This document shows positions 23,201 through 37,431 of a DNA stretch of 64,000 nucleotides, piece by piece. Location of the stretch: positions 4,526,001-4,590,000 of the forward strand of contig CM102283.1 of assembly GCA_046563655.1 (NCBI GenBank), in the 5' to 3' direction. Below the pieces are notes generated by a model that worked only from the letters and a program-made list of their open reading frames with translations, was not told where the DNA came from and did not search any database. Each line of letters opens with the position of its first letter. Within the stretch, counting starts at the first letter, position 1. Source of the DNA: Yuukianura sp. NJ FZ-2021. Its lineage: Eukaryota. Both the position numbers and the translations under genes were made by a program.

Positions 23201-26200
23201 TTGAAATTAGATATGCTTTGGAACAGCTGTTTTATTAAAACCCGCTTGCATTTGGACAAAAAGTAAAGCGGATTTTTTTCCAAAATTTCTGAGTGCGACC
23301 ACTAGATTCTAAGGCTATACAGACACATCTAAGTCCATTCTAACGGTATTGTACAATGGTGTTTGATATGCCGCCTTCTATTTTAGGAATAGTTTCGCCT
23401 GTGTTTTAAGTTGAAGTTAGATATGCTTTGGAACAACTATTTTATTAAAACCCGCTTGCATTTGGACAAAGAGTAAAGCGGATTTTTTTTCAAAATTTCT
23501 GAGTGCGACCACTAGATTCTAAGGCTATACAGACACAGCTAAGTCCATTCTAACGGTATTGTACAATGGTGTTTGATATGCCGCCTTCTATTTTAGGAAT
23601 AGTTTCGCTTGTGTTTTAAGTTGAAATTAAATATGCTTTGGAACAGCTATTTTATTAAAACCCGCTTGCATTTGGACAAAGAGTAAAGCGGATTTTTTTT
23701 TCAAAATTTCTGAGTGCGACCACTAAATTCTAACGCTATACAGACACATCTAAGTCCATTCTAACGGTATTATACAATGGTGTTTGATATGCCGCCTTCT
23801 ATTTTAGGAATAGTTTCGCTTGTGTTTTAAGTTGAAATTAAATATGCTTTGGAACAGCTATTTTATCAAAACCCGCTTGCATTTGGACAAAGAGTAAAGC
23901 GGATTTTTTTTTCAAAATTTCTGAGTGCCACCACTAAATTCTAACGCTATACAGACACATCTAAGTCCATTCTAACGGTATTGTACAATGGTGTTTGATA
24001 TGCCGCCTTCTATTTTAGGAATAGTTTCGCTTGTGTTTTAAGTTGAAATTAGATATGCTTTGGAACAGCTATTTTATTAAAACCCGCTTGCATTTGGACA
24101 AAGAGTAAAGCGGATTTTTTTCCAAAATTTCTGAGTGCGACCACTAGATTCTAAGGCTATACAGACACAGCTAAGTCCATTCTAACGGTATTGTACAATG
24201 GTGTTTGATCTGCCGCCTTCTATTTTAGGAATAGTTTCGCTTGTGTTTTAAGTTGAAATTAGATATGCTTTGGAACAGCTATTTTATTAAAACCCGCTTG
24301 CATTTGGACAAAGAGTAAAGCGGATTTTTTTTCAAAATTTCTGAGTGCGACCACTAGATTCTAAGGCTATACAGACACATCTCATTCCATTCTAACGCTA
24401 TTATACAATGGTGTTTGATATGCCGCCTTTTAGTTTCAGAACAGTTTCGCCTGTGTTTTAAGTTGAAATTAGATATGCTTTGGAACAGCTATTTTATTAA
24501 AACCCGCTTGCATTTGGACAAAGAGTAAAGCGGATTTTTTTTTTCAAAATTTCTGAGTGCGACCACTAAATTCTAAGGCTATACAGACACATCTCATTCC
24601 ATTCTAACGCTATTATACAATGGTGTTTGATATGCCGCCTTCTATTTTAGGAATAGTTTCGCTTGTGTTTTAAGTTGAAATTAAATATGCTTTGGAACAG
24701 CTATTTTATTAAAACCCGCTTGCATTTGGACAAAGAGTAAAGCGGATTTTTTTCCAAATTTCTGAGTGCGACCACTAAATTCTAACGCTATACAGACACA
24801 TCTAAGTCCATTCTAACGGTATTGTACAATGGTGTTTGATATGCCGCCTTCTATTTTAGGAATAGTTTCGCTTGTGTTTTAAGTTGAAATTAGATATGCT
24901 TTGGAACAGCTATTTTATTAAAACCCGCTTGCATTTGGACAAAGAGTAAAGCGGATTTTTTTCCAAAATTTCTGAGTGCGACCACTAGATTCTAAGGCTA
25001 TACAGACACAGCTAAGTCCATTCTAACGGTATTGTACAATGGTGTTTGATATGCCGCCTTCTATTTTAGGAATAGTTTCGCTTGTGTTTTAAGTTGAAAT
25101 TAGATATGCTTTGGAACAGCTATTTTATTAAAACCCGCTTGCATTTGGACAAAGAGTAAAGCGGATTTTTTCACAAAATTTCTGAGTGCGACCACTAGAT
25201 TCTAAGGCTATACAGACACATCTCATTCCATTCTAACGCTATTATACAATGGTGTTTGATATGCCGCCTTTTAGTTTCAGAACAGTTTCGCCTGTGTTTT
25301 AAGTTGAAATTAGATATGCTTTGGAACAGCTATTTTATTAAAACCCGCTTGCATTTGGACAAAGAGTAAAGCAGATTTTTTTTTCAAAATTTCTGAGTGC
25401 GACCACTAAATTCTAAGGCTATACAGACACATCTCATTCCATTCTAACGCTATTATACAATGGTGTTTGATATGCCGCCTTCTATTTTAGGAATAGTTTC
25501 GCTTGTGTTTTAAGTTGAAATTAAATATGCTTTGGAACAGCTATTTTATTAAAACCCGCTTGCATTTGGACAAAGAGTAAAGCGGATTTTTTTTTCAAAA
25601 TTTCTGAGTGCGACCACTAAATTCTAACGCTATACAGACACATCTAAGTCCATTCTAACGGTATTGTACAATGGTGTTTGATATGCCGCCTTCTATTTTA
25701 GGAATAGTTTCGCTTGTGTTTTAAGTTGAAATTAGATATGCTTTGGAACAGCTATTTTATTAAAACCCGCTTGCATTTGGACAAAGAGTAAAGCGGATTT
25801 TTTTCCAAAATTTCTGAGTGCGACCACTAGATTCTAAGGCTATACAGACACAGCTAAGTCCATTCTAACGGTATTGTACAATGGTGTTTGATATGCCGCC
25901 TTCTATTTTAGGAATAGTTTCGCTTGTGTTTTAAGTTGAAATTAGATATGCTTTGGAACAGCTATTTTATTAAAACCCGCTTGCATTTGGACAAAGAGTA
26001 AAGCGGTTTTTTTTCAAAATTTCTGAGTGCGACCACTAGATTCTAAGGCTATACAGACACATCTCATTCCATTCTAACGCTATTATACAATGGTGTTTGA
26101 TATGCCGCCTTTTAGTTTCAGAACAGTTTCGCCTGTGTTTTAAGTTGAAATTAGATATGCTTTGGAACAGCTATTTTATTAAAACCCGCTTGCATTTGGA

Positions 26201-29200
26201 CAAAGAGTAAAGCAGATTTTTTTTTCAAAATTTCTGAGTGCGACCACTAAATTCTAAGGCTATACAGACACATCTCATTCCATTCTAACGCTATTATACA
26301 ATGGTGTTTGATATGCCGCCTTTTAGTTTAGGAACAGTTTCGGCTGTGTTTTAAGTTGAAATTAGATATGCTTTGGAACAGCTGTTTTATTAAAACCCGC
26401 TTGCATTTGGACAAAAAGTAAAGCGGATTTTTTTCCAAAATTTCTGAGTGCGACCACTAGATTCTAAGGCTATACAGACACATCTAAGTCCATTCTAACG
26501 GTATTATTCAATGGTGTTTGATATGCCGCCTTCTATTTTAGGAATATTTTCGCTTGTGTTTTAAGTTGAAATTAAATATGCTTTGGAACAGCTATTTTAT
26601 TAAAACCCGCTTGCATTTGGACAAAGAGTAAAGCGGATTTTTTTTCAAAATTTCTGAGTGCGACCACTAAATTCTAAGGCTATACAGACACATCTAAGTC
26701 CATTCTAACGGTATTGTACAATGGTGTTTGATATGCCGCCTTCTATTTTAGGAATAGTTTCGCTTGTGTTTTAAGTTTAAATTAGATATGCTTTGGAACA
26801 GCTATTTTATTAAAACCCGCTTGCATTTGGACAAAGAGTAAAGCAGATTTTTTTTTCAAAATTTCTGAGTGCGACCACTAAATTCTAAGGCTATACAGAC
26901 ACATCTCATTCCATTCTAACGCTATTATACAATGGTGTTTGATATGCCGCCTTTTAGTTTAGGAACAGTTTCGGCTGTGTTTTAAGTTGAAATTAGATAT
27001 GCTTTGGAACAGCTGTTTTATTAAAACCCGCTTGCATTTGGACAAAAAGTAAAGCGGATTTTTTTCCAAAATTTCTGAGTGCGACCACTAGATTCTAAGG
27101 CTATACAGACACATCTAAGTCCATTCTAACGGTATTATTCAATGGTGTTTGATATGCCGCCTTCTATTTTAGGAATATTTTCGCTTGTGTTTTAAGTTGA
27201 AATTAAATATGCTTTGGAACAGCTATTTTATTAAAACCCGCTTGCATTTGGACAAAGAGTAAAGCGGATTTTTTTTCAAAATTTCTGAGTGCGACCACTA
27301 AATTCTAAGGCTATACAGACACATCTAAGTCCATTCTAACGGTATTGTACAATGGTGTTTGATATGCCGCCTTCTATTTTAGGAATAGTTTCGCTTGTGT
27401 TTTAAGTTGAAATTAGATATGCTTTGCAACAGCTATTTTATTAAAACCCGCTTGTATTTGGACAACGAGTAAAGCGGATTTTTTTTCAAAATTTCTGAGT
27501 GCGACCACTAAATACTAAGGCTATACAGACACATCTCATTCCATTCTAACGCTATTATACAATGGTGTTTGATATGCCGCCTTCTATTTTAGGAATAGTT
27601 TCGCTTGTGTTTTAAGTTGAAATTAAATATGCTTTGGAACAGCTATTTTATTAAAACCCGCTTGCATTTGGACAAAGAGTAAAGCGGATTTTTTTCAAAA
27701 TTTCTGAGTGCGACCACTAAATTCTAACGCTATACAGACACATCTAAGTCCATTCTAACGGTATTGTACAATGGTGTTTGATATGCCGCCTTCTATTTTA
27801 GGAATAGTTTCGCTTGTGTTTTAAGTTGAAATTAGATATGCTTTGGAACAGCTATTTTATTAAAACCCGCTTGCATTTGGACAAAGAGTAAAGCGGATTT
27901 TTTTCCAAAATTTCTGAGTGCGACCACTAGATTCTAAGGCTATACAGACACAGCTAAGTCCATTCTAACGGTATTGTACAATGGTGTTTGATATGCCGCC
28001 TTCTATTTTAGGAATAGTTTCGCTTGTGTTTTAAGTTGAAATTAGATATGCTTTGGAACAGCTATTTTATTAAAACCCGCTTGCATTTGGACAAAGAGTA
28101 AAGCGGATTTTTTTCAAAATTTCTGAGTGCGACCACTAGATTCTAAGGCTATACAGACACATCTCATTCCATTCTAACGCTATTATACAATGGTGTTTGA
28201 TATGCCGCCTTTTAGTTTCAGAACAGTTTCGCCTGTGTTTTAAGTTGAAATTAGATATGCTTTGGAACAGCTATTTTATTAAAACCCGCTTGCATTTGGA
28301 CAAAGAGTAAAGCAGATTTTCTTCAAAATTTCTGAGTGCGACCACTAAATTCTAAGGCTATACAGACACATCTCATTCCATTCTAACGCTATTATACAAT
28401 GGTGTTTGATATGCCGCCTTTTAGTTTAGGAACAGTTTCGGCTGTGTTTTAAGTTGAAATTAGATATGCTTTGGAACAGCTGTTTTATTAAAACCCGCTT
28501 GCATTTGGACAAAAAGTAAAGCGGATTTTTTTCCAAAATTTCTGAGTGCGACCACTAGATTCTAAGGCTATACAGACACATCTAAGTCCATTCTAACGGT
28601 ATTATTCAATGGTGTTTGATATGCCGCCTTCTATTTTAGGAATATTTTCGCTTGTGTTTTAAGTTGAAATTAAATATGCTTTGGAACAGCTATTTTATTA
28701 AAACCCGCTTGCATTTGGACAAAGAGTAAAGCGGATTTTTTTTCAAAATTTCTGAGTGCGACCACTAAATTCTAAGGCTATACAGACACATCTAAGTCCA
28801 TTCTAACGGTATTGTACAATGGTGTTTGATATGCCGCCTTCTATTTTAGGAATAGTTTCGCTTGTGTTTTAAGTTGAAATTAGATATGCTTTGCAACAGC
28901 TATTTTATTAAAACCCGCTTGTATTTGGACAACGAGTAAAGCGGATTTTTTTTCAAAATTTCTGAGTGCGACCACTAAATACTAAGGCTATACAGACACA
29001 TCTCATTCCATTCTAACGCTATTATACAATGGTGTTTGATATGTCGCCTTTTAGTTTAGGAACAGTTTCGCCTGTGTTTTAAGTTGAAATTAGATATGCT
29101 TTGGAACAGCTATTTTATTAAAACCCGCTCGCATTTGGACAAAGAGTAAAGCGGATTTTTTTCCAAAATTTCTGAGTGCGACCACTAGATTCTAAGGCTA

Positions 29201-29520
29201 TACAGACACATCTCATTCCATTCTAACGCTATTATACAATAGTGTTTGATATGCCGCCTTTTAGTTTCAGAATAGTTTCGCTTGTGTTTTAAGTTTAAAT
29301 TAGATATGCTTTGGAACAGCTATTTTATTAAAATCCGCTTGCATTTGGACAAAGAGTAAAGCGGATTTTTTTTTCAAAATTTCTGAGTGCGACCACTAGA
29401 TTCTAAGGCTATACAGACACATCTAAGTCCATTCTAACGCTATTTTACAATGGTGTATGATATGCCGCCTTTTAGTTTAGGAATAGTTTCGCTTGTGTTT
29501 TAAGTTGAAATTAGATATGC

Positions 29521-29695
29521 TGTTACGGTTGGTAATGGAGAAGAGAGATGAGCTCAGTTGAGTGGGCTGGGATCGAGTGATCCCATGTCTTTATTGTTAG
29601 GTGCTTTTATACCTGTGAGTGAAGACTCTACAGAGGTGTTGGGTGACGTCAGCCGTGGCATGACGTTAGCCTTTAACCGTCCTACATACCTAACA
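29521..29695 (-). repeat. 3' LTR of copy 1 (175 bp)
   Basis: Appears identical to 32138-32312; TG...CA with 5-bp inverted ends. Confidence 0.93.
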
Positions 29696-32124
29696 CATCT
29701 ACACTATGGAAAAGATCGTCCTCGATCGTAGTTAGTGGAACATAAGGTATACAAAATAAGTGGGAAAGTAAATACTAATCATGAATAATGAAGTAAGTTG
29801 AAATAAAGCATTGAAAAACAATTAAGTAATAGAATAACAAAACAGTTATACTCGGTAAACTCAGAAAGTATAGCCAACGGTAAAGGGTGCTAATTTTCCA
29901 AAATATTTAGGCAAAACTGTATAACTAGGTTTTTCCCTTTGGAAAGCTTGGATTTGGGTAATATATGGTCACACGTAAGTTAGAAAATTGGGACCTTGTA
30001 ACAGATCTTGTGAAAGTTGTTTTCGGTAATGGGTATGGCCGGGTTCTACGTCCTTGAGGTGCATAATACTTATGATTATGGTGATTGAGAACTGTGACGC
30101 GTATGTGGTCAGAAAACGTATCCTTTACCACTGATCTTCCGGGGCATACTGACTTGAAACCGGACGGCCTTTTCGAGTGCTGCATAGTTCGTTGTTTGTG
30201 CTGAGAAGCTTGGGTGGATTAGACACGAGCGGCTGACGAGTTGCGTAAATTCAAGAGACAGTATTGGACACCAACTTGCATTTGCGCTTGGGTTCCTCAA
30301 TAAACGTAGAGGGATATCCAGGGCAGTACGCGAAGAAAAAAAACGGTATATTCTTGATCAAGTTCAGGAATAAGTAGATTCTTGAAACGATTAATGAAAG
30401 AATGAGGGAGTTAGTGGTGGTATGTTTGGTTTAGGGCATGGTTCAGCATGGGGCAGAAGGGTATGGACTACGTGATCGATTCTTAATAGTGTGGGTTGTT
30501 CAATGTGTGTGTTATCAGTCAACAACACGTTCGGTGGTGGGTACCCGGCGGCCGCCTTTCGAATTTGTAGTTTTGTGTCACCTGACTACGTGCATTGCGA
30601 GCTCGCTAGCTTCGATAAGATTTGACCATGGCTATTCGTGACTGAATACAAAGTCTAACAAACTGAATTAACATTTGGTACGAAGCGCTTCCATACATTA
30701 ATATATTGACAAGTTTAACTCGGGCGCCCGGCTACTATAAATTTGTTTTCATTGAAATGACGCTGCAAAGTATTCCGTTTGCGCAAAGGACAGCGTAACA
30801 ATATGTTTTTTTCTTCAATGAAATGACGTCTTCAAGATACTTGTTTGATTCATTCGGTGACGTCACTATAAGTTTTCACGTGTTAAGTAAATGACTTCTT
30901 GACAATATTTTCTTTGCAATAAAGTGACATCTTCGATATATTTAGTTTATTCAGCTGGAGACGTCATGATGAGTTTTCATTGGTTTAGTGAAAGACGTCT
31001 TTTCAATATATTTTTTTGAATGAGCTGACGTCTTCAAGATATTCTGAGTAAATTATGTTGAAAATATTTTCTTTTCAATAAAGTGACGTCTTCGATATAT
31101 TTAATTTCTTCAGCCGGTGACGTCATGATGATTTTACATTGGTTCAGTGAAAGACGTCTTCTCAATATATTTTCTTGAATGAACTGACGTCGTCAAAATA
31201 TTCTGTTTGAGTAAATTATGTCTTCACAATATTTTCTTTTCAATAAAGTGACGTCTTCGATATATTTAATTTCTTCAGCTGGTGACGTCATGAGTTTTCA
31301 TGGGTTTGGTAAAAGACGTCTTCACAATATATTCTGTGACGTCTGCATAATATTATTCAACTCATTTCAATTCGTTCCAAATTTCTTAAGTAGGTGACAG
31401 CAGTATAAGGTTCGTTTCTAGTGACTGACGTATGAAAAATATCCTTTTGCTTCAGTGGGTGATGTCATGATGAGTTGTTGTATTGTTCTAACATCACGCC
31501 ATTGTGTAATTGTATTAAATGCTTGGCCTACAGTCAACCACCATTATAAGGGTAAGTGTTGGGCTTACATCATCCCCCATATAAATAATTGGCGTGTGGG
31601 GTAGTGAGCTGTGAGGGGGGAGGGGTGCAGTGGGTTGATGGCAGTGGGCGATATTTGCTGTATACAAATTAAAAGTTAAAAGTACAGTCTTTAGCAAAGT
31701 GTGATTATGGATTTAACGGGTTGGCGAATCCGGTGTCCTTGTATAGTCACAAGTTTCATATTAGGAATAATTGTAAAATTGTGGGCAGGGAAATCAATGC
31801 AAACCTGGACATGTCGTTTGGGTAGCGTGTTTTCGCTGGTCAACTGTGAAATAGCGACGCGATTAGGGAGAGGGACTTATTCTTCTGTAGAATATACGTG
31901 CGCTAGGGGTTTACGTGGACGGAGCAGTACCCTTGTGATAGGCCTTGCACTTTGCGAAGTGGGGGGGGGAGGGACGAAGGGTATTGGGGGCCTCCCTGGT
32001 ATGCGAAGGAACGCCGTGCATAGGGGTCTGCGCTTTGAAGCGAATGTCTTGGACACCAGTGCAATGGGGTATACGGGGGCTCAAGCTCCCTCCATAGTGA
32101 GAACAGAGGTGGGGAATCAACCTG

Positions 32125-32136
32125 CCTCTGCTACCA
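32125..32136 (-). promoter_or_regulatory. Primer binding site complementary to the metazoan initiator tRNA-Met 3' end
   Basis: The minus strand reads TGGTAGCAGAGG one nt after the LTR, complementary to ...CCUCUGCUACCA-3'. Same in copies 2 and 3. Confidence 0.85.
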
Positions 32137-32137
32137 C

Positions 32138-32312
32138 TGTTACGGTTGGTAATGGAGAAGAGAGATGAGCTCAGTTGAGTGGGCTGGGATCGAGTGATCC
32201 CATGTCTTTATTGTTAGGTGCTTTTATACCTGTGAGTGAAGACTCTACAGAGGTGTTGGGTGACGTCAGCCGTGGCATGACGTTAGCCTTTAACCGTCCT
32301 ACATACCTAACA
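32138..32312 (-). repeat. 5' LTR of copy 1 (175 bp) with TATA box and poly(A) signal
   Basis: Minus-strand TATAAAAG (32221-32228) followed by AATAAA (32207-32212); also contains TGACGTCA. Confidence 0.9.
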
Positions 32313-34628
32313 ATGCTTTGGAACAGCTATTTTATTAAAACCCGCTTGCATTTGGACAAAGAGTAAAGCGGATTTTTTTTCAAAATTTCTGAGTGCGACC
32401 ACTAGATTCTAAGGCTATACAGACACATCTAATTTCATTCTAACGGTATTGTACAATGGTGTTTGATATGCCGCCTTCTATTTTAGGAATAGTTTCGCTT
32501 GTGTTTTAAGTTGAAATTAGATATGCTTTGCAACAGCTATTTTATTAAAACCCGCTTGTATTTGGACAACGAGTAAAGCGGATTTTTTTTCAAAATTTCT
32601 GAGTGCGACCACTAAATACTAAGGCTATACAGACACATCTCATTCCATTCTAACGCTATTATACAATGGTGTTTGATATGTCGCCTTTTAGTTTAGGAAC
32701 AGTTTCGCCTGTGTTTTAAGTTGAAATTAGATATGCTTTGGAACAGCTATTTTATTAAAACCCGCTCGCATTTGGACAATGAGTAAAGCGGATTTTTTTT
32801 CAAAATTTCTGAGTGCGACCACTAGATTCTAAGGCTATACAGACACATCTCATTCCATTCTAACGCTATTATACAATGGTGTTTGATATGCCGCCTTTTA
32901 GTTTCAGAACAGTTTCGCCTGTGTTTTAAGTTGAAATTAGATATGCTTTGGAACAGCTATTTTCTTAAAACCCGCTTGCATTTGGACAAAGAGTAAAGCA
33001 GATTTTTTTTTCAAAATTTCTGAGTGCGACCACTAAATTCTAAGGCTATACAGACACATCTAAGTCCATTCTAACGCTATTATACAATGGTGTTTGATAT
33101 GCCGCCTTTTAGTTTAGGAACAGTTTCGGCTGTGTTTTAAGTTGAAATTAGATATGCTTTGGAACAGCTGTTTTATTAAAACCCGCTTGCATTTGGACAA
33201 AAAGTAAAGCGGATTTTTTTCCAAAATTTCTGAGTGCGACCACTAGATTCTAAGGCTATACAGACACATCTAAGTCCATTCTAACGGTATTATACAATGG
33301 TGTTTGATATGTCGCCTTTTAGTTTAGGAACAGTTTCGCCTGTGTTTTAAGTTGAAATTAGATATGCTTTGGAACAGCTATTTTATTAAAACCCGCTCGC
33401 ATTTGGACAAAGAGTAAAGCGGATTTTTTTCCAAAATTTCTGAGTGCGACCACTAGATTCTAAGGCTATACAGACACATCTCATTCCATTCTAACGCTAT
33501 TATACAATGGTGTTTGATATGCCGCCTTTTAGTTTCAGAACAGTTTCGCCTGTGTTTTAAGTTGAAATTAGATATGCTTTGGAACAGCTATTTTATTAAA
33601 ACCCGCTTGCATTTGGACAAGGAGTAAAGCAGATTTTTTTTTCAAAATTTCTGAGTGCGACCACTAAATTCTAAGGCTATACAGACACATCTAAGTCCAT
33701 TCTAACGCTATTATACAATGGTGTTTGATATGCCGCCTTTTAGTTTAGGAACAGTTTCGGCTGTGTTTTAAGTTGAAATTAGATATGCTTTGGAACAGCT
33801 GTTTTATTAAAACCCGCTTGCATTTGGACAAAAAGTAAAGCGGATTTTTTTCCAAAATTTCTGAGTGCGACCACTAAATTCTAAGGCTATACAGACACAT
33901 CTAATTCCATTCTAACGGTATTGTACAATGGTGTTTGATATGCCGCCTTCTATTTTAGGAATAGTTTCGCTTGTGTTTTAAGTTGAAATTAAATATGCTT
34001 TGGAACAGCTATTTTATTAAAACCCGCTTGCATTTGGACAAAGAGTAAAGCGGATTTTTTTCCAAAATTTCTGAGTGCGACCACTAAATTCTAAGGCTAT
34101 ACAGACACATCTAAGTCCATTCTAACGGTATTGTACAATGGTGTTTGATATGCCGCCTTCTATTTTAGGAATAGTTTCGCTTGTGCTTTAAGTTGAAATT
34201 AGATATGCTTTGGAACAGCTATTTTATTAAAACCCGCTTGCATTTGGACAAAGAGTAAAGCGGATTTTTTTCCAAAATTTCTGAGTGCGACCACTAGATT
34301 CTAAGGCTATACAGACACAGCTAAGTCCATTCTAACGGTATTGTACAATGGTGTTTGATATGCCGCCTTCTATTTTAGGAATAGTTTCGCTTGTGTTTTA
34401 AGTTGAAATTAGATATGCTTTGGAACAGCTATTTTATTAAAACCCGCTTTCATTTGGACAAAAAGTAAAGCGGATTTTTTTCCAAAATTTCTGAGTGCGA
34501 CCACTAGATTCTAAGGCTATACAGACACATCTAAGTCCATTCTAACGGTATTGTACAATGGTGTTTGATATGCCGCCTTCTATTTTAGGAATAGTTTCGC
34601 TTGTGTTTTAAGTTGAAATTAGATATGC

Positions 34629-37431
34629 TGTTACGGTTGGTAATGGAGAAGAGAGATGAGCTCAGTTGAGTGGGCTGGGATCGAGTGATCCCATGTCTTT
34701 ATTGTTAGGTGCTTTTATACCTGTGAGTGAAGACTCTACAGAGGTGTTGGGTGACGTCAGCCGTGGCATGACGTTAGCCTTTAACCGTCCTACATACCTA
34801 ACACATCTACACTATGGAAAAGATCGTCCTCGATCGTAGTTAGTGGAACATAAAGTATACAAAATACGTGGGAAAGTAAATACTAATCATGAATAATGAA
34901 GTAAGTTGAAATAAAGCATTGAAAAACAATTAAGTAATAGAATAACAAAACAGTTATACTCGGTAAACTCAGAAAGTATAGCCAACGGTAAAGGGTGCTA
35001 ATTTTCCAAAATATTTAGGCAAAACTGTATAACTAGGTTTTTCCCTTTGGAAAGCTTGGATTTGGGTAATATATGGTCACACGTAAGTTAGAAAATTGGG
35101 ACCTTGTAACAGATCTTGTGAAAGTTGTTTTCGGTAATGGGTATGGCCGGGTTCTACGTCCTTGAGGTGCATAATACTTATGATTATGGTGATTGAGAAC
35201 TGTGACGCGTATGTGGTCAGAAAACGTATCCTTTACCACTGATCTTCCGGGGCATACTGACTTGAAACCGGACGGCCTTTTCGAGTGCTGCATAGTTCGT
35301 TGTTTGTGCTGAGAAGCTTGGGTGGATTAGACACGAGCGGCTGACGAGTTGCGTAAATTCAAGAGACAGTATTGGACACCAACTTGCATTTGCGCTTGGG
35401 TTCCTCAATAAACGTAGAGGGATATCCAGGGCAGTACGCGAAGAAAAAAAACGGTATATTCTTGATCAAGTTCAGGAATAAGTAGATTCTTGAAACGATT
35501 AATGAAAGAATGAGGGAGTTAGTGGTGGTATGTTTGGTTTAGGGCATGGTTCAGCATGGGGCAGAAGGGTATGGACTACGTGATCGATTCTTAATAGTGT
35601 GGGTTGTTCAATGTGTGTGTTATCAGTCAACAACACGTTCGGTGGTGGGTACCCGGCGGCCGCCTTTCGAATTTGTAGTTTTGTGTCACCTGACTACGTG
35701 CATTGCGAGCTCGCTAGCTTCGATAAGATTTGACCATGGCTATTCGTGACTGAATACAAAGTCTAACAAACTGAATTAACATTTGGTACGAAGCGCTTCC
35801 ATACATTAATATATTGACAAGTTTAACTCGGGCGCCCGGCTACTATAAATTTGTTTTCATTGAAATGACGCTGCAAAGTATTCCGTTTGCGCAAAGGACA
35901 GCGTAACAATATTTTTTTTTTCTTCAATGAAATGACGTCTTCAAGATACTTGTTTGATTCATTCGGTGACGTCACTATAAGTTTTCACGTGTTAAGTAAA
36001 TGACTTCTTGACAATATTTTCTTTGCAATAAAGTGACATCTTCGATATATTTAGTTTCTTCAGCTGGAGACGTCATGATGAGTTTTCATTGGTTTAGTGA
36101 AAGACGTCTTTTCAATATATTTTTTTGAATGAGCTGACGTCTTCAAGATATTCTGTCTGAGTAAATTATGTCTTGAAAATATTTTCTTTTCAATAAAGTG
36201 ACGTCTTCGATATATTTAATTTCTTCAGCCGGTGACGTCATGATGATTTTACATTGGTTCAGTGAAAGACGTCTTCTCAATATATTTTCTTGAATGAACT
36301 GACGTCGTCAAAATATTCTGTTTGAGTAAATTATGTCTTCACAATATTTTCTTTTCAATAAAGTGACGTCTTCGATATATTTAATTTCTTCAGCTGGTGA
36401 CGTCATGATGAGTTTTCATGGGTTTGGTAAAAGACGTCTTCACAATATATTCTGTGACGTCTGCATAATATTATTCAACTCATTTCAATTCGTTCCAAAT
36501 TTCTTAAGTAGGTGACAGCAGTATAAGGTTCGTTTCTAGTGACTGACGTATGAAAAATATCCTTTTGCTTCAGTGGGTGATGTCATGATGAGTTGTTGTA
36601 TTGTTCTAACATCACGCCATTGTGTAATTGTGTTCAATGCTTGGCCTACAGTCAACCACCATTATAAGGGTAAGTGTTGGGCTTACATCATCCCCCATAT
36701 AAATAATTGGCGTGTGGGGTAGTGAGCTGTGAGGGGAGGGGGGTGCAGTGGGTTGATGGCAGTGGGCGATATTTGCTGTATACAAATTAAAAGTTAAAAG
36801 TACAGTCTTTAGCAAAGTGTGATTATGGATTTAACGGGTTGGCGAATCCGGTGTCCTTGTATAGTCACAAGTTTCATATTAGGAATAATTGTAAAATTGT
36901 GGGCAGGGAAATCAATGCAAACCTGGACATGTCGTTTGGGTAGCGTGTTTTCGCTGGTCAACTGTGAAATAGCGACGCGATTAGGGAGAGGGACTTATTC
37001 TTCTGTAGAATATACGTGCGCTAGGGGTTTACGTGGACGGAGCAGTACCCTTGTGATAGGCCTTGCACTTTGCGAAGTGGGGGGGGGGAGGGACGAAGGG
37101 TATTGGGGGCCTCCCTGGTATGCGAAGGAACGCCGTGCATAGGGGTCTGCGCTTTGAAGCGAATGTCTTGGACACCAGTGCAATGGGGTATACGGGGGCT
37201 CAAGCTCACTCCATAGTGAGAACAGAGGTGGGGAATCAACCTGCCTCTGCTACCACTGTTACGGTTGGTAATGGAGAAGAGAGATGAGCTCAGTTGAGTG
37301 GGCTGGGATCGAGTGATCCCATGTCTTTATTGTTAGGTGCTTTTATACCTGTGAGTGAAGACTCTACAGAGGTGTTGGGTGACGTCAGCCGTGGCATGAC
37401 GTTAGCCTTTAACCGTCCTACATACCTAACA
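34629..37431 (-). mobile_element. Non-autonomous LTR retrotransposon, copy 2, 2803 bp
   Basis: LTRs at 34629-34803 and 37257-37431; ATGC TSD; same internal sequence and PBS as copy 1. Confidence 0.93.
35930..36460. repeat. Internal 165-bp tandem repeat (~3 copies) rich in GACGTC, present in all three LTR elements
   Basis: CAATAAAGTGAC recurs at 36026, 36191 and 36356. Confidence 0.85.

Larger units (their letters stand above)
29521..32312 (-). mobile_element. Non-autonomous LTR retrotransposon (Gypsy-like), copy 1, 2792 bp
   Basis: Direct repeats TGTTA...TAACA at 29521-29695 and 32138-32312; ATGC TSD; PBS beside the right LTR on the minus strand; no gag/pol-length ORF. Confidence 0.93.
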
